Positions 17,137 to 22,798 of a stretch of 22,798 bases of DNA are shown here, piece by piece. This stretch comes from a bacterium (GTDB taxonomy: Bacteria; Babelota; Babeliae; Babelales; JABCYS01). Positions within the stretch are counted from its first letter, which is position 1. Each line of letters begins with the position of its first letter. The stretch is from the NCBI GenBank assembly GCA_027452085.1, contig DAIDHG010000012.1, positions 1 to 22,798 of the forward strand. Reading direction: 5' to 3'. Both the position numbers and the translations under genes were made by a program. Under the pieces are notes generated by a model. That model saw only the letters and a program-made list of their open reading frames with translations. It was not told where the DNA came from and made no database searches.

Positions 17137-18459
17137 ATGCCAAAGATAACTCGTCTCATCGCCAGAGAAATTTTCGACTCCCGCGGCGTGCCAACCATTC
17201 AAGCTGAAATTTCGGTTGAAGATGGTATCACGGTTACTTCGTGTGTGCCTTCGGGCGCCTCGGTTGGCAAGCATGAGGCTATTGAGCTTCGTGACGGCGG
17301 GAAACGCCTTTTTGGCAAGGGCGTGACCAAGGCAATCGATAACATTGAGCGTGTCATTGCGCCGCAGTTAATTGGCAAAGAACTTTCTGCCGTCGATCAG
17401 GATCAACTCATTATTGCACTTGATGGCACACCAAACAAAAAAAAGCTGGGTGCAAATGCATTGCTGGCTGTGAGCCAAGCGCTCTATCGCGCGCAAGCTA
17501 AAATTGAGGGTGTAGAATTGTATGAGCTGATTGCGTGGGTGCACGGGCAAGACCAAGTTGCAATGCCAATTCCGATGTTTAACGTGATCAATGGTGGCGT
17601 GCATGCTGACAACGGCTTGCGCATTCAAGAATTTATGGTGGCGCCCTTAGGTGTGGCGAGCTATAAAGAAGCCTGTGAAGTTGGCATGGTATTTTCGCAT
17701 CAGTTAAAACAAGTGCTGCGCGATAAGGGGAAAATGGTTGCCGTCGGTGATGAGGGCGGTTATGCCTGTGCCTTTGAAGATGATATCGATGCGCTTGACT
17801 GTATCATGGACACCATGGTGAAGATGGGTAAATCAAATTCACAAGTATTTGGTATTGCGCTCGACGTTGCCGCAAGCCAGTTTTACAACAAAGATACAAA
17901 GCGCTATGACTGGTATGGCGAGAAGGTTACCGCGGGCGACCTTATTGGCCTTTACGCTGAATTAGCCAAAAAATATCCTATCTATTCAATCGAAGATGGT
18001 CTGGCGGAAGATGATTGGTCGGGCTGGCAAAAATTAACAGAAACCTGTGCTATCCCAGAAGGCGAGCCTGCCATGCGCACGTCATCTCCAGAAACGCATG
18101 GCACACCCTGTCAAATTGTGGGCGATGATCTTTTTGTCACGAATGTAAAACGAATAGCCAAGGGGTTAGAACTTGGCGCGGCAAATGCGGTGATTATTAA
18201 ACCAAACCAAATTGGCACCATTACCGAAGCGATGCAGGCAATCCAATTCTGCCAGCAAAATGGCTTGAATACGATTGTTTCTCATCGCTCAGGCGAAACC
18301 TGTGATTCATTTATTGCTGACTTAGCAGTTGGCACTTCAGCCGGCCAAATAAAAGCCGGAGGCTGCAGCCGCGGTGAGCGCGTTTCAAAATATAACCGCT
18401 TACTGACCATTGAAGATCATTTAATGCGTTCATTGATGGATAAAAAGGCGCGTAAATAA
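17137..18459 (+). CDS. eno: Enolase (phosphopyruvate hydratase) with a 17-aa insertion
   Basis: DSRG, PSGAS, NGGVHA, QEFM, GDEGG, SIEDG, VGDDL, KPNQIG and SHRSGET motifs. Confidence 0.98.
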   Translation: MPKITRLIAREIFDSRGVPTIQAEISVEDGITVTSCVPSGASVGKHEAIELRDGGKRLFGKGVTKAIDNIERVIAPQLIGKELSAVDQDQLIIALDGTPNKKKLGANALLAVSQALYRAQAKIEGVELYELIAWVHGQDQVAMPIPMFNVINGGVHADNGLRIQEFMVAPLGVASYKEACEVGMVFSHQLKQVLRDKGKMVAVGDEGGYACAFEDDIDALDCIMDTMVKMGKSNSQVFGIALDVAASQFYNKDTKRYDWYGEKVTAGDLIGLYAELAKKYPIYSIEDGLAEDDWSGWQKLTETCAIPEGEPAMRTSSPETHGTPCQIVGDDLFVTNVKRIAKGLELGAANAVIIKPNQIGTITEAMQAIQFCQQNGLNTIVSHRSGETCDSFIADLAVGTSAGQIKAGGCSRGERVSKYNRLLTIEDHLMRSLMDKKARK

Positions 18460-18876
18460 TTATTCAAATTTCTGACTACGCAGCTTTTTTATCTCGCTGT
18501 GCCGCGCCTTTGCTTCGAGGCGAGCCTCTTTCGCCCCTTTACTCACTTTTGTTTTGAGTCGTTTTTTAGGAACAAACAAGGCTTTGCGGATCTTTTTTGT
18601 GAGCTCTTGTATGGCAAACTCTTTATTGTGTTGCTGACTGCGTGAACCACCATAGCTCACGATAAGATCACCATTTGCGGTGATTTGCGATTGTAGCTTC
18701 CCTTCAATCCGGATCTTCTCTTCATCGGTCAGCGCCAAGGTATTACGTACGTTCCAGCGAACGGTAATTCGGGTGCTCGCCTTATTAACATGCTGGCCTC
18801 CCGGACCGCCGGCCCGGCTGGCCGTAATCTCCAGTTCATACTCAGGAATAATAAATGTTTCTGCTTTGTGATTCAT
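18460..18876 (-). CDS. arfB: Alternative ribosome rescue factor ArfB (YaeJ)
   Basis: SRAGGPGGQHVNK (GGQ motif), RSQQHNK and a basic C-terminal tail; 138 aa from ATG 18876. Confidence 0.93.
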   Translation of the reverse strand: MNHKAETFIIPEYELEITASRAGGPGGQHVNKASTRITVRWNVRNTLALTDEEKIRIEGKLQSQITANGDLIVSYGGSRSQQHNKEFAIQELTKKIRKALFVPKKRLKTKVSKGAKEARLEAKARHSEIKKLRSQKFE

Positions 18877-19179
18877 ATTTATTAGCTTACCTTGCCAGTG
18901 CCATTTTAAACAGGTGTGTCGCACTACAAAATGTAATAAATATACTATCTAAAAAACAAGAGATGAGCCTCATATTATCTCTACTCTCATATTGTTTAAT
19001 CACGAGAAGTATTATGGTGAGATTGCCTATTTTTGCTTAAATGTTTGCGGTTTAGCTGTCCCTTGTGCTGCTTATGTGTTGCCAAGCGCTGGACATAATG
19101 CTCATTAATGACGTGTCATATTGAAATTCCCAGTAAATTTATTGTAGTATCTAATTAATAGAGCCAAAAAAGGAGAAGT

Positions 19180-19818
19180 ATGCTTCGTCGAATTTATATT
19201 TCATTCATTCTGATTGCTGGCGTTGTTGGTGTGGCCAACGGTACTTCTGAATCATCCAGTGGCCGGCTTGCCGGTTTGCAAAGAACGCAGCCGTTTGCTC
19301 AAGATAAAAAATTGGCGGCTGAAGAACAAGAATTGCCATCACCGCCTGGTGGCCCAGCCTCAATTGGTCGGGGCACAATAACTGAGTTAGCGGGTGGCTC
19401 CGGTGGCAAAGAAATCAAGCCGCGCTATTGCAAAAAGGGCTTTGTTACCGAAATTTACGGTACCGTAGGCATGGGAAAATTGTATCACATGCAATTTGAG
19501 GTGATCACCTCGCTTGGTATGCGTTGCTCGGATGGCACGGATTTGGGAGCTATGGGCACAGTTAAAGGAAAGCCGTTTAGTATCAAAAATAACGAAGGTT
19601 TTACCTATATTTCCGTAAAATCTGGTGCATTTGTTGATCACATTACTGCCTGGGTAGATGAACACGACCATACTCGTTTACGAGTTGTAGGCGAAGCAGG
19701 TGGGCCAGGCGGCGATCACAGTGCCAATTTGAGCTGTGGGGGTAATGGGAAAATTATTGGCTACGCCGGTCGCGCAGGCGGGGCAGTAGATGCCATTCAA
19801 ATTATATGTAGTGAGTAA
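19180..19818 (+). CDS. Secreted protein with a jacalin-like (beta-prism) lectin domain
   Basis: AAGGAG RBS, signal peptide, and repeated motifs GGSGG / ISVKSGAFVDHI / GGPGG / IIGYAGRAGGAVDAIQIIC that resemble jacalin-type repeats. Confidence 0.65.
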   Translation: MLRRIYISFILIAGVVGVANGTSESSSGRLAGLQRTQPFAQDKKLAAEEQELPSPPGGPASIGRGTITELAGGSGGKEIKPRYCKKGFVTEIYGTVGMGKLYHMQFEVITSLGMRCSDGTDLGAMGTVKGKPFSIKNNEGFTYISVKSGAFVDHITAWVDEHDHTRLRVVGEAGGPGGDHSANLSCGGNGKIIGYAGRAGGAVDAIQIICSE

Positions 19819-19854
19819 TGATTTTTATTAGCATCAAAAACAAGGAGAACTACT

Positions 19855-20244
19855 ATGATGCGTCGTTTATTTATTTCATTAATTGCCTCGATAGCTATCG
19901 TTGGCACCGTTGGTTGTACTACTGATCTGCCTTACCCTTGGTATAAGCGTCTTGAAGGTCAGTATCCTTATAAGATATTTGCTGCCGATATTGAGAGGGT
20001 CAGCCCTTCTTCACGCCACGGGGCACAAAATTATGAAGTGTTTATGAAGAATGACGATAAGGTTGAATGCACTAAATTTGAAGATGGCGCTATTTTGTGT
20101 TTACTATACAAGCGCAATGTGTTGGGTAAAGAGGGTAATAACTATGTTATGGAAATACCTCCAAAGAATTTTGAGATTATTGAAAAATATGTAGGTGATC
20201 GCCCTGCTCAAAGTTCTTCAGTGCCTGGTGGCCCAAAGATTTAA
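19855..20244 (+). CDS. Secreted protein or lipoprotein of unknown function
   Basis: AAGGAG RBS; basic plus hydrophobic N-terminus ending TVGC (lipobox-like). Confidence 0.65.
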   Translation: MMRRLFISLIASIAIVGTVGCTTDLPYPWYKRLEGQYPYKIFAADIERVSPSSRHGAQNYEVFMKNDDKVECTKFEDGAILCLLYKRNVLGKEGNNYVMEIPPKNFEIIEKYVGDRPAQSSSVPGGPKI

Positions 20245-22334
20245 CGGCACTTCAACTCTGTAATTAAATATTCTTTTAAGAATGTAATGCGCTGGCTACC
20301 TTTATTATTTTTGATAGCCAGCGCTATTGCTTTTGGTTGGCCGACTAAGATGCACAATTTCTTGGCTCGGGTAATCGCGGTGTAAAGTAAATTTCGCTGT
20401 AGCATCATAAAATGTTGCATAAATAACGGAATGATGACCGCATCATATTCTGAGCCTTGGCTCTTGTGCACTGAGATGGCGTAGGCCAAGGTAAGTTCAT
20501 CTATCTCATCAAAGTCGTAGATAACTGTTTCTCGCTTTGCATCAAATGAAATTTCCAATGTTTGATCGGCGTATGAGATATCGCTAATAAACCCAACATC
20601 GCCATTAAAAACTTCTTTATCGTAGTTGTTTTTAATCTGCATCACGCGGTCGCCAATATAGTAGGTTGTGCCAAACCGATTGCGCACAAAGGCTTTGCGG
20701 TTTGCCCCTCGATACATTTCACTGCGCAAAGCGCTCGGGGTGGGCGGGGTGTTGTTTTGAAAGAGTGCCTGCAAATGATTGTTCATTTCCCCGGTGCCTA
20801 CAATGCCTTTATGCATTGGGGTGAGCACCATGGCATTTTCAGGTGCAATGTGATACCGCTGCAAGGTCGAGGTAAAAATCTCCGTGAGCCGCTCATTCAT
20901 CTGCTCGGGTAGCATCTCTTTTATATAAATAAAATCTTTTTTGGCATTTTCTAGCGAGCTCATCGGGAATTTTCCAGCATTTACATTGTGCGCGTTTACT
21001 ACAATTAAACTATCCTGCGCTTGCCTGAAAATATAGTTCAAATGAATGGTGGGCACGATTGCGCTTGCAATAAGATCGTGTAAGAAATTGCCGGCGCCAA
21101 CAGCTGGAAGCTGATCAATATCTCCGATGAGCACCAGATGAGCATTATACGGCAAAGCCTTCAAGATCGCTTGGGCCAAGAAAATATCCAGCATCGAAGC
21201 TTCATCGACAATTAAATAATCCAACTTGAGCGCATTGTGTTCATTGCAGGCAAAGCCTCGGGTGGCCGGATCAAATTCTAAAAGGCGATGCAACGTCATG
21301 GCAAAGCGCTTGGTGCTTTCGCTCATGCGCTTTGCCGCCCGGCCGGTTGGTGCAGCTAATTTATAGTGTGTTTTTTGCTCATCCAAAACATCCAACAATC
21401 GTTTGATCATGGTAGTTTTACCAGTGCCGGGCCCGCCCGTGATAATTGTCACCTTATTTTGTAGGGCAGTTAAAATTCCTTTTTGCTGCTGCTCATTGAG
21501 CGTTACGCCTCGTGCATCAGGCAATCTGATTTGATCATATATGGTAGCAATATTGAAACTGTTCTCCGATGGCCGACTCATCAAATGTTTAACGCGCTCA
21601 GCCACCCCTTTTTCAGAAAAATAGTACAGAGCCAAAGTCACATAATGTTTTTCCAAATGGCTAATTAATTTTAATTTGCCTTGCGCATGCAGCTCTTGAA
21701 AGGCAAGCTTGAATTGCGCAGCATAGGCAGTAAGGTCGAGCTCAAGTAACGCAGCGGCTTTGGACCTTAAATCTTCAAGCTCGGCATATAAATGGCCTTG
21801 TTGCACTTCAACACCTATTGCATGGGCAATGCCGGCGCGTATGCGTTTTATAGACTCACGACCAAAGCCGAGGTGTTGAGCAGCAGTGTCGGCTAATTTA
21901 AAGCCAATTCCCCACACCTCTTCGGCAAGGCGATAGGGATTTTCTTGCACGATTGGAATGGTATTGTTGCCGTAATGTTTGTAAATGCGCGCCGCATAGC
22001 CAGGAGTAATGCCCTTTTCTTGCAAGAAACGCATAACGGTTACGGCGCCTTTATTCTTTTCCCAAGACTCTTTTATTTTGGCCGCCTTTTTAATGCCAAT
22101 GCCGGAGACTTCGCTCAGCCTCATAGGCTGCTGATCCAGAATGGTAAAGATATCTTCGCCATATTTTGCGACTAAGCTGGCGGCAGTCGACGGGCCGATG
22201 CCCTTGATGATGCCTGAGCCTAAAAATTCAATAAGCGCGGTGGTCGGGCAGGTAGCGCAGTCGACCTTGTTATGGGTATAACACGGCGGTGCTTGCTTGG
22301 TGCGAAAAGGCTGAAATGAATTGATGTTGCTCAT
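20241..22334 (-). CDS. recD2: RecD2-like SF1B ATP-dependent DNA helicase
   Basis: HhH motifs (IKGIG, VSGIG, VWGIGF), ENPYRL, Walker A GGPGTGKTT, APTGRAAKR, DEASM, GDIDQLP, HKSQGSEY and LYTAITRAK. Confidence 0.95.
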   Translation of the reverse strand: MSNINSFQPFRTKQAPPCYTHNKVDCATCPTTALIEFLGSGIIKGIGPSTAASLVAKYGEDIFTILDQQPMRLSEVSGIGIKKAAKIKESWEKNKGAVTVMRFLQEKGITPGYAARIYKHYGNNTIPIVQENPYRLAEEVWGIGFKLADTAAQHLGFGRESIKRIRAGIAHAIGVEVQQGHLYAELEDLRSKAAALLELDLTAYAAQFKLAFQELHAQGKLKLISHLEKHYVTLALYYFSEKGVAERVKHLMSRPSENSFNIATIYDQIRLPDARGVTLNEQQQKGILTALQNKVTIITGGPGTGKTTMIKRLLDVLDEQKTHYKLAAPTGRAAKRMSESTKRFAMTLHRLLEFDPATRGFACNEHNALKLDYLIVDEASMLDIFLAQAILKALPYNAHLVLIGDIDQLPAVGAGNFLHDLIASAIVPTIHLNYIFRQAQDSLIVVNAHNVNAGKFPMSSLENAKKDFIYIKEMLPEQMNERLTEIFTSTLQRYHIAPENAMVLTPMHKGIVGTGEMNNHLQALFQNNTPPTPSALRSEMYRGANRKAFVRNRFGTTYYIGDRVMQIKNNYDKEVFNGDVGFISDISYADQTLEISFDAKRETVIYDFDEIDELTLAYAISVHKSQGSEYDAVIIPLFMQHFMMLQRNLLYTAITRAKKLCILVGQPKAIALAIKNNKGSQRITFLKEYLITELKCR
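20698..20747 (-). repeat. REP-like imperfect palindrome inserted in frame in recD2
   Basis: Minus strand CCGCCCACCCCGAG...GTATCGAGGGGCAAACCG with CCCCGA/TCGAGGGG arms; coincides with roughly 16 extra residues in the protein. Only one copy is visible here. Confidence 0.5.
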
Positions 22335-22341
22335 GCCTTAC

Positions 22342-22370
22342 AGGCTAAGGCAAGGAGGCTTTTTGGTCAA
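22342..22370 (-). promoter_or_regulatory. Putative promoter of recD2
   Basis: TTGACC (22370-22365), 17 bp, TAGCCT (22347-22342); ATG follows 7 nt later. Confidence 0.55.
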
Positions 22371-22379
22371 AGTTTAATG

Positions 22380-22798
22380 CTAAGCCTCATAAGACATTCG
22401 CTCAATTTCTGCTTGTGCAAGGTAGGCTACTCGTTCACTCGCTACGGGATGGGTTTCATTTTTCCAAAAGTCAGGGATTTTAATAGCCAGAGCAAGGCTT
22501 TTAAGCTCAATGAGTTTCTTTTTTATTTGCGCGTGGTCGTGTGGATTTTCCTTCAAAAGTTCTTCGATTTCTTGCACAACGGGATGATCTTGCAGGACGG
22601 GATGATTTTGAAAGAAACATTTCATGCCGCCTATATTGTTGCCTAATGCTTTACCTGCAAGTAAATCAGCACGCTTCTCAAGGAAGCGAGATAACGGAAG
22701 AATAATTTTATTGTATTGCATCCGATGCAGTTTGCAGACTACATAAATGTCCAATAAAAGTAGACATGGATTATATATTTTATAACGCTTCACGAACT
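22380..22798 (-). CDS. C-terminal part of a probable M48-family metallopeptidase (5' end probably outside the window)
   Basis: EKRADLLA (ExxAD) and ETHPVASERVAYL (THPxxxxR) motifs. The frame is open to the window edge; HExxH is not visible. Confidence 0.6.
   Translation of the reverse strand, partial: FVKRYKIYNPCLLLLDIYVVCKLHRMQYNKIILPLSRFLEKRADLLAGKALGNNIGGMKCFFQNHPVLQDHPVVQEIEELLKENPHDHAQIKKKLIELKSLALAIKIPDFWKNETHPVASERVAYLAQAEIERMSYEA
22570..22605. repeat. 18-bp tandem duplication in the M48-like gene
   Basis: TCTTGCACAACGGGATGA / TCTTGCAGGACGGGATGA (16 of 18 identical), encoding HPVLQD-HPVVQE. Confidence 0.7.

Noticed and set aside
18877..19179. Possible ncRNA or operator array in the 300-bp arfB/lectin gap (TCATATT recurring, palindrome TCATTAATGA at 19102-19111)
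   Set aside because: Short AT-rich words with irregular spacing and no stable fold or recognisable RNA family.
1..22798. CRISPR arrays, tRNA/rRNA genes, transposases, integrases, prophage or defence genes
   Set aside because: No regularly spaced repeats, cloverleaf or rRNA signatures, or matching protein motifs were seen by eye.

Overview
This is a 22.8-kb bacterial chromosomal window of mostly housekeeping genes. Its gene content suggests a diderm, probably host-associated lineage such as Candidatus Dependentiae/TM6 (inference only). Genes in order: mutY (partial, missed by the ORF track), M16 zinc peptidase, short comEC, secreted clostripain (C11), family-4 uracil-DNA glycosylase, nusA-infB (no adjacent rimP or rbfA), WecA/TagO-like transferase, nfo, a Cys-containing outer-membrane beta-barrel gene coupled to aspS, eno, arfB, two secreted proteins sharing a leader (one jacalin-like), recD2 and a partial M48 peptidase. 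The main find is at 6520-7417: an oriC-like intergenic region with two inward-facing DnaA-box plus DnaA-trio modules around an AT-rich core. It is followed by a small gene encoding only DnaA domain IV (no AAA+ domain) behind a hydrophobic N-terminus, split by a 1-nt frameshift. Other notable points are in-frame insertions in eno (51 nt, flanked by a 7-bp direct repeat) and recD2 (REP-like palindrome), apparently leaderless udg and recD2, a CxxH-x4-CxxC N-terminus on RecD2, and a D-to-Y change in the IF2 P-loop.
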